From contig JAVKHN010000006.1 in assembly GCA_031459935.1 (NCBI GenBank), forward strand, positions 14,085 through 78,084: a DNA stretch of 64,000 nucleotides. The letters are read 5' to 3'. This document shows, one piece after another, positions 50,731-58,166 of the stretch (its first letter is position 1; each line of letters starts with the position of its first letter). The position numbers and the translations under genes were made by a program. The notes under the pieces were generated by a model, which was not told where the DNA came from, searched no databases, and saw nothing but the letters and a program-made list of their open reading frames with translations. The DNA comes from Candidatus Sysuimicrobium calidum. GTDB lineage: Bacteria > Sysuimicrobiota > Sysuimicrobiia > Sysuimicrobiales > Sysuimicrobiaceae.

Positions 50731-50759
50731 TTGCAAACGGGGCTCCTCCCGCGTATGAT
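50731..50759 (+). promoter_or_regulatory. sigma-70-type promoter for tRNA-Arg
   Basis: TTGCAA (50731-50736), 17-nt spacer, TATGAT (50754-50759), 11 nt before the mature tRNA 5' end. Confidence 0.6.
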
Positions 50760-50770
50760 GGGGTTCGGAT

Positions 50771-50846
50771 GCGCCCGTAGCTCAGAGGATAGAGCGTTGG
50801 CCTCCGGAGCCAAAGGCCGCAGGTTCGAATCCTGCCGGGCGCGCCA
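50771..50846 (+). tRNA. tRNA-Arg (anticodon CCG)
   Basis: Hand-folded. Acceptor GCGCCCG/CGGGCGC, D arm GCTC-AGAGGATA-GAGC, anticodon arm TTGGC-CTCCGGA-GCCAA, T arm GCAGG-TTCGAAT-CCTGC, encoded CCA. Confidence 0.9.
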
Positions 50847-51020
50847 TCTGGCTTCCCACAAGGGTTTCAGCTGCCCGGTACGAAGGCGGAGAGCCGGGCG
50901 AGGCATCCAGTTTCCGTTGCGTCCAGTAACGATCGTCGCTTTGTCGAGAACGAGTAGTTGACAAATGTTAGACCTTCTGGTACCTGAGGTGACCGGAACC
51001 AAACCTCGTGGAGGTCAAGC

Positions 51021-51230
51021 ATGGCGGAGGTGACCATCACACTCCGGGACAACGGGCCGTACCTGGTGCGGGGACCGGTCCGGTTGGTGGACGCGGAGGG
51101 ACGTGAGTGGAACCTCGACCGCGAGGTCATCGCCCTGTGCCGGTGCGGCGGCAGCAGCAACAAACCCTTCTGCGACGGTACCCACGCCCGCATCGGCTTT
51201 CAGTCCCAGGTCCGGGCGCCTGCCTCCTGA
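51021..51230 (+). CDS. CDGSH iron-sulfur domain protein
   Basis: 69 aa. CRCGGSSNKPFCDGTH is the CDGSH 2Fe-2S motif. Confidence 0.85.
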   Translation: MAEVTITLRDNGPYLVRGPVRLVDAEGREWNLDREVIALCRCGGSSNKPFCDGTHARIGFQSQVRAPAS

Positions 51231-51246
51231 GCGCAGGACCTCAGCC

Positions 51247-52419
51247 TCAGCGCGGGCCCAGACGTCGCCATGCCAATACCCCCGCGGTGGTCATCCAGCC
51301 CGCGGCCACGACCAGCACCGTCCGCGGGCCCACGGCTTCCAGGAGCGCGCCGGCGAGGAGAGGGGCGATGAGTCCCCGCACGCCGATGAGGGAGGTGTAG
51401 GCCCCCGTGTAGTGCACCACCAGATGCGGGGGAGCCAGCTCCATCACCGCGGTCATCCACCCGAGTTCCACCGCGGCGATGAGGAACCCGTCCGCGGCGG
51501 CTGGCACAAGGGCTGCCCATGCAGAAGGGACGAGGGCGTAGAGGAGCGGGGTGAGGGGGGAGATCATAAGCGCTCTGCGCAGGGTGGCGAGCCCGCTGGA
51601 GCGGTCGATGGTCCTCCCCCACAGGAAGAAGCCCACCACGGAGGCGGCGTTGGAGGCAGCTGCCAGCACTCCGACCTGGGTGTGGCCAGCGTGGAGAACA
51701 TCCACGAGCAGGAGGGGGAGGGCGGGCGCCGCGGTCCATCCGCCGACTCCGAACGCGAACGTGGCCACGAGCATCCACCGGAACTGCCCATCCGCCCACG
51801 CGGCGCGCCATCCCTCCCCCAGGGAGGGGCGTGCGGGGGGAGTGAGGAGGCGGGGAGGCCGGATGCGGCTGTAGGCGAGGGCGCCTGCCACGCCGAACAG
51901 CGCCGCTACGGGGAAGACTGCTCCGGGACCGAACCGTTCGAGAAAAGGCCCTGCCAGGAGGGAGCCCAGGATGGAGGCGCAGCTGAGCCCGGTGCGGGCC
52001 AGGCCCAGTAGGGTACCCCGGTACTCCTGCGGGAAGAGAAGCTGCACCGCGGCCGCGTAGGCGGGGCTGGTGACGCCGTTCAGCACATGGTAGGCGAGCG
52101 TGAGGATGACGAAAGCAACTGGGTGCGTAACTGCCGAGGTGAGCAGGAAGAGGCTGCGGGCCAGCACGCCCGGCCACACGAGATATGGAACGGGATTGCG
52201 GCCTGCAATCGCCACGCTCCAGTAGGCAGTGAGCAACAGCCCCACCGCGGGACCGGCCACCACCAGGGAGACCAGGAGCGGGGAGGCACCCATTCGGCGG
52301 GCGGTGACCCCGAGGAAGGGAACCACCATCCCGCTGAAGAGGCCGAACAGCAAAGCCCCGGTGAGGTCCAACAGGAATGCCAGACGGGCCCGCGGCCGCA
52401 GCGGAGGGACCCAGCGCAC
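51247..52419 (-). CDS. MFS transporter
   Basis: 390 aa, about 12 hydrophobic segments, GTG start. A TATACT box lies 7 nt upstream, so the mRNA may be leaderless. Confidence 0.75.
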   Translation of the reverse strand: MRWVPPLRPRARLAFLLDLTGALLFGLFSGMVVPFLGVTARRMGASPLLVSLVVAGPAVGLLLTAYWSVAIAGRNPVPYLVWPGVLARSLFLLTSAVTHPVAFVILTLAYHVLNGVTSPAYAAAVQLLFPQEYRGTLLGLARTGLSCASILGSLLAGPFLERFGPGAVFPVAALFGVAGALAYSRIRPPRLLTPPARPSLGEGWRAAWADGQFRWMLVATFAFGVGGWTAAPALPLLLVDVLHAGHTQVGVLAAASNAASVVGFFLWGRTIDRSSGLATLRRALMISPLTPLLYALVPSAWAALVPAAADGFLIAAVELGWMTAVMELAPPHLVVHYTGAYTSLIGVRGLIAPLLAGALLEAVGPRTVLVVAAGWMTTAGVLAWRRLGPR

Positions 52420-52503
52420 AGACTGTAGTATAGCGTAGGCCAGGTAGGAGAATTCCTCCAGCGGGGCGAATGCCTTTCCAGAACGCCTTACGGAGGTGGC
52501 GCG

Positions 52504-52566
52504 GTGGATGTCCTGCTGTGGGTACTCATCGCCCTGCTCCTCTACCTGGTGTTCTTCCAGGGCTAG
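52504..52566 (+). CDS. candidate 20-aa hydrophobic micropeptide (V/M)DVLLWVLIALLLYLVFFQG
   Basis: GTG lies 5 nt after GGAGGTG. There is a single predicted TM helix, and 18 of 20 codons end in G/C, matching the genome bias better than the overlapping frames. No homology evidence. Confidence 0.2.
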   Translation: MDVLLWVLIALLLYLVFFQG

Positions 52567-52634
52567 CGGCAGAAACCCGGTTCGGATGGCATGAGGTTGC
52601 TTTCCTCAGGCACACCTTGACGGGGGTGGCGGAC

Positions 52635-53702
52635 ATGGGACGAGGCAGATGGTTGGTTGGCAAGGCCCTTTGGAGGGCGGGGGGATTGGTCCTGATCGGT
52701 TGGCTGCTGGCTCCTGCGGGAGGAGCCGCACCATCCCGGGAGTGGGATCGGATCGTCCGGGCCGCGCGGCAAGAGGGGCGTTTGGTGGTCTACGATGCCT
52801 TCGGAGGTGCGGTGCCGACTGTGCAGTACGCGGCGGAGCGGTTCGAAGCCACGCACGGGGTAAAGGTCGAGGTGGCCGTGATGCGGGCCAGCGAGTCCAT
52901 CGAGCGCATCCGGGTGGAGCAGCGGGCCGGCCGAGCCATCGCGGACCTCGTCACCGCAGGCTCCGGGACGACACGCCCCATGCTGGACGAGGGCGTCCTG
53001 CGTCCCTTCGAGGGGCTTCCCAGCGCTCCGCGGATCGCGCCGCAGGTCCGGTTGAAGGTTCAGGAGTGGGAGCTGCAGCAGTACCTCCTGCCGTTCCTGA
53101 TCCAGCTGTACGGAATCCTCATCAACACGAACCTCGTGAAACCCGAGGAGGAACCGAAGAGCTGGAGCGATCTGGCGGATCCCCGCTGGCGGGGTAAGCT
53201 CATCATGGACGACCCCAGAGCTCCGGGCGGTGGTCAGGTCCTGTTCCAGGTGACCTACCGGGCCCTGGGGCGGAGGTTCCAGGAGGATCTCGCGGCCCAG
53301 CGGCCATTTCTCACGCGGGGAATCGCGGATGCAGCCGGCCGGGTGGCCCGGGGAGAGTTTGCGGTGATGGCTCCCTTCGCCCTAGGACTGTATCCGAGGG
53401 TTCGCGGGGGACCCGTGAAGCTCATCATTCCCCGGGAGGGAGCGCCGTACGTTCCCCTGGGGATCTCCCTGCCCCGGCGCAGCGACCACCCGAACGCGGC
53501 GGTGGCCTTCAGCGAGTTCCTGCTCTCCCGGGAGGTACAGATCCGGCTGATGCACGATTTCATCCTGCCGGTGCTGCGAGGATACGACGCGCAAGCACCG
53601 GAAGACGTCCGGCCGTTCCTGCGTGTGCGGCTGTGGGACACGGTAGTGGATCCCAGGGTGGAGCCCGAGTATCTTCGGAGGGCGAGCGAAATCTACCGGT
53701 AG
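52635..53702 (+). CDS. ABC-type periplasmic solute-binding protein (family 1, Fe3+/polyamine-like), copy 1
   Basis: Signal peptide MGRGRWLVGKALWRAGGLVLIGWLLAPAGGAAP, then EGRLVVYDAFGG...YGILINTNLV...WRGKLIMDDPRAPGGG, typical of this SBP fold. The upstream part of the track ORF was discarded. Confidence 0.7.
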   Translation: MGRGRWLVGKALWRAGGLVLIGWLLAPAGGAAPSREWDRIVRAARQEGRLVVYDAFGGAVPTVQYAAERFEATHGVKVEVAVMRASESIERIRVEQRAGRAIADLVTAGSGTTRPMLDEGVLRPFEGLPSAPRIAPQVRLKVQEWELQQYLLPFLIQLYGILINTNLVKPEEEPKSWSDLADPRWRGKLIMDDPRAPGGGQVLFQVTYRALGRRFQEDLAAQRPFLTRGIADAAGRVARGEFAVMAPFALGLYPRVRGGPVKLIIPREGAPYVPLGISLPRRSDHPNAAVAFSEFLLSREVQIRLMHDFILPVLRGYDAQAPEDVRPFLRVRLWDTVVDPRVEPEYLRRASEIYR

Positions 53703-53717
53703 CGGAGGAGGGTGGGC

Positions 53718-54764
53718 ATGCGTCGGATACTTCCCGCAGGGATCCTGATCCTCGCGGTGGTCTGGGGAAGCCAAGGGGCGGCAGGAGGACCCGGGAGCCC
53801 CTGGTCCCAGGTGATGGCGGCGGCCCGGGGGGAGGGGGTCCTGGTTCTGTACGACGGGCACGGGGGTGCGCTTCCCACCATCCAGTTCGCCACGGAGCTG
53901 TTCCAGAGGAAGTATGGCCTCCGCGTGGAGCTGAGCGTGATGCGGGCCAGCGAGGCCCAGGAGCGGGTGCGGATCGAGCAGCGGGCGGGCCGGCCGCTCG
54001 CGGACCTCGTCACCGTGGGCCCGAGTCAGGCCTGGCAGATGAAGAAGCTCCAGCAAACCGTGCAGCCCCTCGGAGAGCTCCCCAGCGGAAAGAGGGTGGC
54101 CGCGCAGATCCGGCTGAAGCTGCAGGAGTGGGAGATTGACGACGTCATGCTGGTGGAAGCCGTGCAACTCTATGGCATCCTGATCAACACCCGGCTGGTC
54201 CCGTCCGGAGAGGAGCCCCGGAGCTGGACGGATCTCCTGGATCCCAAGTGGAGGGGCAGGATGATCGCGGACGACCCCCGGGCCTTCGGCGGAGGGTCCG
54301 TGTTCTTCGCGGCCACCTACAAGCGCCTCGGGCGGGGATACCATGAGCAGCTGGCGGTGCAGCGTCCCTTCTTCACGAGAGCCATCGCGGAAGCCGCGAA
54401 CCGGGTGGCCCGGGGGGAGTTTGCCCTGATGTACCCGTTTGCCCTGGGGTTGTATCCCCGAGTCCGGGATCTCCCCAACGTGAAGGTGGTGGTCCCTCGG
54501 GAGGGGGCTCCCTACGTGCTGCAGGGAGTCTCGATGCCGAAGGAGGTCCGGCACCCCAACGCCGCTCGGTTGTTTGCGGAGCTGCTCCTCTCGGATGCCG
54601 TCCAGCGGAACCTCTACGAGAATTTCGTCCTCCCGGCCGTGGCGGGCTTCGTCCGCCAGGCGCCGTCCGAACAGCGGATCCTCCTGGGGGTTCCTCTGTG
54701 GGAGACCTCGGATCCTCCGAGGGGGGAGGAGCTCCTTCGGCTCGCCTCGGAGATCTACCGTTGA
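53718..54764 (+). CDS. ABC-type periplasmic solute-binding protein, tandem paralogue (copy 2)
   Basis: Signal peptide MRRILPAGILILAVVWGSQGAAG. Collinear with copy 1 along its full length (roughly half of positions identical by eye, and both end in ASEIYR). Confidence 0.7.
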   Translation: MRRILPAGILILAVVWGSQGAAGGPGSPWSQVMAAARGEGVLVLYDGHGGALPTIQFATELFQRKYGLRVELSVMRASEAQERVRIEQRAGRPLADLVTVGPSQAWQMKKLQQTVQPLGELPSGKRVAAQIRLKLQEWEIDDVMLVEAVQLYGILINTRLVPSGEEPRSWTDLLDPKWRGRMIADDPRAFGGGSVFFAATYKRLGRGYHEQLAVQRPFFTRAIAEAANRVARGEFALMYPFALGLYPRVRDLPNVKVVVPREGAPYVLQGVSMPKEVRHPNAARLFAELLLSDAVQRNLYENFVLPAVAGFVRQAPSEQRILLGVPLWETSDPPRGEELLRLASEIYR

Positions 54765-54795
54765 AGCCCGATCCACGGAGGAAGCGGCCCAGGCC

Positions 54796-56109
54796 ATGAC
54801 CCCTTCCGTGCAGACCCGCGTGAAGCGCCGGGAGCCCGCAGCGAACTGGCGGCTGGAAGGAGAAGTCTGCGTGGTAGGATCCGGGATCGCGGGAATCTCC
54901 GCCGCCCTGGAGGCTGCCCGGCTCGGGCGAGAGGTGGTCCTCGTGGAGGGGGCTCCTTTCGTCGGAGGCCAGGCGGTGGGGGCTCCCATCGGCACCATTG
55001 CAGGGCTCTTCTCCTGTGGCCGGCACCCGCGCCAGCTGACCCATCTCGTGGCGGATGAACTCCTGGCTGCCCTGGAACGGGAGAACGCCGTGTACCGTCG
55101 CTACTCGGAGAAGGCCCGGACCGTCGTCCTCGTGTACGACGAAGTGGTGCTGGGACGGTGGATCGAGCGGGAGGTGCAGCGACGGGGGATTCGGGCGGTG
55201 ACGGGAGCCGTTCTGCGGGAGGTGTGGCGGGAGGGGGCGAGGATCCGCTCCCTCTCCTTCCTCACCCGGTTCGGGGAGCTCGAGGTGACGGCACCGATGT
55301 ACATCGATGCTTCAGGGGATGCCGCGGTGGCCTGGCTCGCCGGGCTCCCCTGTCGAGAACCCGACCGCCCCATTTACGGTTCGCAGATGGCGGTCCTGGA
55401 AGGGGTGCAGGACGAGCCGCTCCTGCCGGAGTCCGCGTTCTTCGCCAGGCTCCAGTCCGTCCTGCAGGAGAAGGGAGACCGCTACGGGCTGACCCGCCAG
55501 GATGGACTGGTGTTCCTGTTCCCGCAGCGGGGGATGGCCGTTGTGAACATGACCCATGTGCAGACCCCCTTGGATCCGGAGGCCCTCACCCGCCGGAGCC
55601 TGGAGGGGAAGGATCAGGTGGATCGGGCGATCCGGCTGCTGCGGGAGGAGTTCCCGGAGGCGTTCGGAAAGGCACGGGTGCGCATGTACGGACAGCTGGG
55701 GATCCGGCAGACCCGGTGGATCGTCGGCAGATACCAGCTGTCCGTGGAGGACGTCCGGACGGGCAGAGGATTTGAGGACGCGATTGCCCGTACCGCATGG
55801 CCCATCGAGCTCCACGACCGGGCAGAGGGATATTACTGGGAACCCTTCGAGGAAGGCCACGTCCACTACGTGCCTCTGCGGAGCCTGATTCCGGAAGGGA
55901 TGGAGAACCTCCTGGCGGTTGGGCGGTGCATCGACGCGGATCCCCTGGCGCTGTCCAGCGTGCGCGTGATGGGCCCCTGCATCGCCATGGGAGCCGCGGC
56001 GGCGCACGCGACGGACCTCTGCCTGAAGAGGTCCGTCCCCATCCCCGAGGTGGACCTAGTTACCCTCCGCGAGCGACTCCGGGCCAACCTGGAGGATCCC
56101 GCTTCGTGA
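54796..56109 (+). CDS. FAD-dependent oxidoreductase (PF12831-like)
   Basis: The ATG at 54796 gives VCVVGSGIAGISAALEAARLGREVVLVEG dinucleotide-binding motif plus C-terminal LLAVGRCIDADPLALSSVRVMGPCIAMG. About 437 aa with no signal peptide. Confidence 0.7.
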   Translation: MTPSVQTRVKRREPAANWRLEGEVCVVGSGIAGISAALEAARLGREVVLVEGAPFVGGQAVGAPIGTIAGLFSCGRHPRQLTHLVADELLAALERENAVYRRYSEKARTVVLVYDEVVLGRWIEREVQRRGIRAVTGAVLREVWREGARIRSLSFLTRFGELEVTAPMYIDASGDAAVAWLAGLPCREPDRPIYGSQMAVLEGVQDEPLLPESAFFARLQSVLQEKGDRYGLTRQDGLVFLFPQRGMAVVNMTHVQTPLDPEALTRRSLEGKDQVDRAIRLLREEFPEAFGKARVRMYGQLGIRQTRWIVGRYQLSVEDVRTGRGFEDAIARTAWPIELHDRAEGYYWEPFEEGHVHYVPLRSLIPEGMENLLAVGRCIDADPLALSSVRVMGPCIAMGAAAAHATDLCLKRSVPIPEVDLVTLRERLRANLEDPAS

Positions 56110-56120
56110 CCCCCACCGGC

Positions 56121-56150
56121 TTGACGATCGCTTCGGAGTATCCCTAAGAT
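56121..56150 (+). promoter_or_regulatory. sigma-70-type promoter for the riboswitch-led transcript
   Basis: TTGACG (56121-56126), 18-nt spacer, TAAGAT (56145-56150), followed by an AT-rich start region. Confidence 0.55.
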
Positions 56151-56167
56151 TTGAAAAAAGTAAACAG

Positions 56168-56254
56168 GCCTCCCGAAAGGGCAAACCCGCAGCAATGCGG
56201 GGGCGCAAAGCCGACGGGGCCGCGGATGCGGTTGGCTGGGTTGCCGAAGGAGGC
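56168..56254 (+). promoter_or_regulatory. c-di-GMP-I (GEMM-I) riboswitch aptamer candidate
   Basis: P1 is GCCUCC (56168-56173) paired with GGAGGC (56249-56254). GGGCAAACC lies at 56179-56187, a CCCGC-AGCAAU-GCGGG hairpin follows, GCGCAAAGCC lies at 56203-56212, and GGGUUGCCGAAGG forms the 3' block. The layout parallels the Vc2 aptamer as remembered. Confidence 0.75.
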
Positions 56255-56265
56255 GCTTAGGAGGT

Positions 56266-56300
56266 CGGGGGATCATGAGAATCCCCCGGCATGTGTTATT
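56266..56300 (+). terminator. candidate expression-platform terminator downstream of the aptamer
   Basis: CGGGGGAU (56266-56273), 7-nt loop, AUCCCCCG (56281-56288), then GCAUGUGUUAUU. The U-tract is imperfect. Confidence 0.4.
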
Positions 56301-56386
56301 GGGCGCTTCTTGAGAGCCTTCTGTTGCCCGCTTCGCCTCCGGGGTCCCCGATTCGGAAAAACTTCACGGAGCGGGGGTGAGGGAGG

Positions 56387-58093
56387 ATGCGCTTTTTCTG
56401 GGTGGCGGGCGTTGTAGCGGTTCTCGTGACTTTGGGGTTCCAGCTCGTTCCTCCTGTTCTCTCGCAGTCCATTGCATCCATCCACTTCCAGGACGTGACG
56501 GACGCGGTGCTCCCCTATCCTGTCCGCCCGCTTGCCGGTTTTCATGGACAGTCCTGGGGCTTCATCGCGGTGGGGGACTATGACAACGACGGCTGGGATG
56601 ATCTTTACATCAACGAGATGAGCATGGTGCACACTGCAGAACATCAGAACATCCATGGCCGTCCCCAGAGCGGGTACCTCCTCCGGAATGTCGGTGGTCG
56701 GTTTGTGGATGAGACTGCGAAACTGCCCATCATCGACGAGGGCACGGAGCACCGGCACGTGGCGGTGTGGTGCGATTTCGACCGGGACGGTGATGACGAT
56801 CTGCTCCTGGGGACCGGGATGGACGATGAGTTTCCTCTCGGTCACCCCGAGCGGATGGTTGGGAACCTCGATGTGTGGCTTCGCAACGACGGCACTCACT
56901 TCACGGACGTGAGCCGCAACGTGGTGGTGGAGGGGTTTGACACCCGCTCATCCAAGGTCTTTCACGGTTACACCTGTGCGGATGTTGACGGGAATGGCTG
57001 GCCAGACATCCTGGTACTGAACAAATTCGCTCCGGAGGTCTACGGGCTGGATGGTGCGACTCCGGTGTTCCGCCTTTACCTGAACCAGGGCGGGCTGCGT
57101 TACCGGGAGGAGGCTGCTGCCCGCGGGTTCAGGGACGCGGAGAGACGGACGAGCAACATCGACCCGTGGGGATTGGGGTGCTACGACTTCAACGGGATTC
57201 GTGGGGTGGACTGCCGCTCTGCGGGCGGAAACCTCGGGCGCTGGATCCTCAACAGGGGTGGCGGGTTCTTCGAGGTTCATACCGGTGTGTATCGCCCCAT
57301 CGCGGACCTCAATGCCTACAGCAATGACCTCGCCTGGGCGGACTACAACGGGGACGGCCTCATTGACCACTCGGACGCCGGGCTTACTCGGTCTGTGAAC
57401 ATCCACGTGAACAACGGATCCACAGCTCACAACGACGGCATGGTGGGTGCTGGTAAGGCTTCTGCCGCCAACCGTGTTCGCCTCCGCAGCACCGCAGCTT
57501 TTGATGCGGACAACGACGGAGATGCGGACCTCTTCGTCACGGTGGAAGGTTCCGGCCCCCTCACGCCGGACGGGAAGGTAACCAAGGCTCCGGATCTCTT
57601 CTTCCGCAACGACAACCTGACTTTCGTGGAGATGGCCCGCGAGGTCGGTCTGGATGGCGGAATCTGCGTGGGCAAGCGGGCTGATTCACGTCCTGCGGAC
57701 CATTGCGCGGGCGGAGGTGGAGCTGCGGTCGTTGACTTCGACCGGGACGGCCGGCTGGATCTCGTGGTCTCCTACACCCCCTGGTTCAAGCCTGCAGGAG
57801 GGGTGGAACGGGTGCGGGTCTACCGCAACGTGACTTCTAATCCCGGGAACTGGGTCGGGCTGATCGTGCAGGGCCGGGACGCTCTGGGGGCTCAGGTCAC
57901 CATCCAGGCGTGCGGCAAGACCTACGTCCGTCGGGTTGTGAACGACACCCACCACCTGGCCCAGAACACGCGGACGATCCACGTGGGGCTGGAGGAGTGC
58001 CGGAATCGGCCCCATGTGACCATCCAGTGGTTGGACGGGACGGTGCACCGGGGGTGGCTTGACGGGAGCCGGTACCACCTGGTGCGGCGGTAG
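56387..58093 (+). CDS. secreted FG-GAP/VCBS repeat protein with a C-terminal ASPIC/UnbV domain (CRTAC1 family)
   Basis: Signal/anchor MRFFWVAGVVAVLVTLGF. Repeated DxDxDGxxD calcium-type repeats (GDYDNDGWDDLY, DFDRDGDDDLL, DVDGNGWPDIL, DYNGDGLIDH, DADNDGDADLF, DFDRDGRLDLV). C-terminal VYRNV...NWVGLIVQG...GAQVTIQ...IHVGL...VTIQWLDG. Confidence 0.8.
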   Translation: MRFFWVAGVVAVLVTLGFQLVPPVLSQSIASIHFQDVTDAVLPYPVRPLAGFHGQSWGFIAVGDYDNDGWDDLYINEMSMVHTAEHQNIHGRPQSGYLLRNVGGRFVDETAKLPIIDEGTEHRHVAVWCDFDRDGDDDLLLGTGMDDEFPLGHPERMVGNLDVWLRNDGTHFTDVSRNVVVEGFDTRSSKVFHGYTCADVDGNGWPDILVLNKFAPEVYGLDGATPVFRLYLNQGGLRYREEAAARGFRDAERRTSNIDPWGLGCYDFNGIRGVDCRSAGGNLGRWILNRGGGFFEVHTGVYRPIADLNAYSNDLAWADYNGDGLIDHSDAGLTRSVNIHVNNGSTAHNDGMVGAGKASAANRVRLRSTAAFDADNDGDADLFVTVEGSGPLTPDGKVTKAPDLFFRNDNLTFVEMAREVGLDGGICVGKRADSRPADHCAGGGGAAVVDFDRDGRLDLVVSYTPWFKPAGGVERVRVYRNVTSNPGNWVGLIVQGRDALGAQVTIQACGKTYVRRVVNDTHHLAQNTRTIHVGLEECRNRPHVTIQWLDGTVHRGWLDGSRYHLVRR

Positions 58094-58166
58094 CGTGGCA
58101 GGGAATCCGGGTCGGGACGTCAAAAACCGTCCTCAACCACGGAACCATGCTTGCCGGAGGGGGAAG

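Noticed and set aside
50771-51020. tRNA-Arg as the attachment site of an integrated element covering the accessory-looking genes to its right.
   Set aside because: There is no integrase, excisionase or mobility gene. I saw no direct repeat of the tRNA 3' end further downstream, and the flanking genes are ordinary metabolic or transport genes.
52508-52594. Alternative 28-aa Cys/Ser-rich sORF (MSCCGYSSPCSSTWCSS...) overlapping the hydrophobic micropeptide candidate.
   Set aside because: It has weaker third-position G/C bias than the hydrophobic frame and resembles nothing I know. It is probably just the off-frame reading.
56151-56417. The 88-aa ORF from the track spanning the intergenic region upstream of the ASPIC gene.
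   Set aside because: It starts at a TTG inside the promoter region, has no ribosome binding site and encodes an Arg/Gly/Pro-rich product. The region is better explained by the GEMM-I-like RNA structure.
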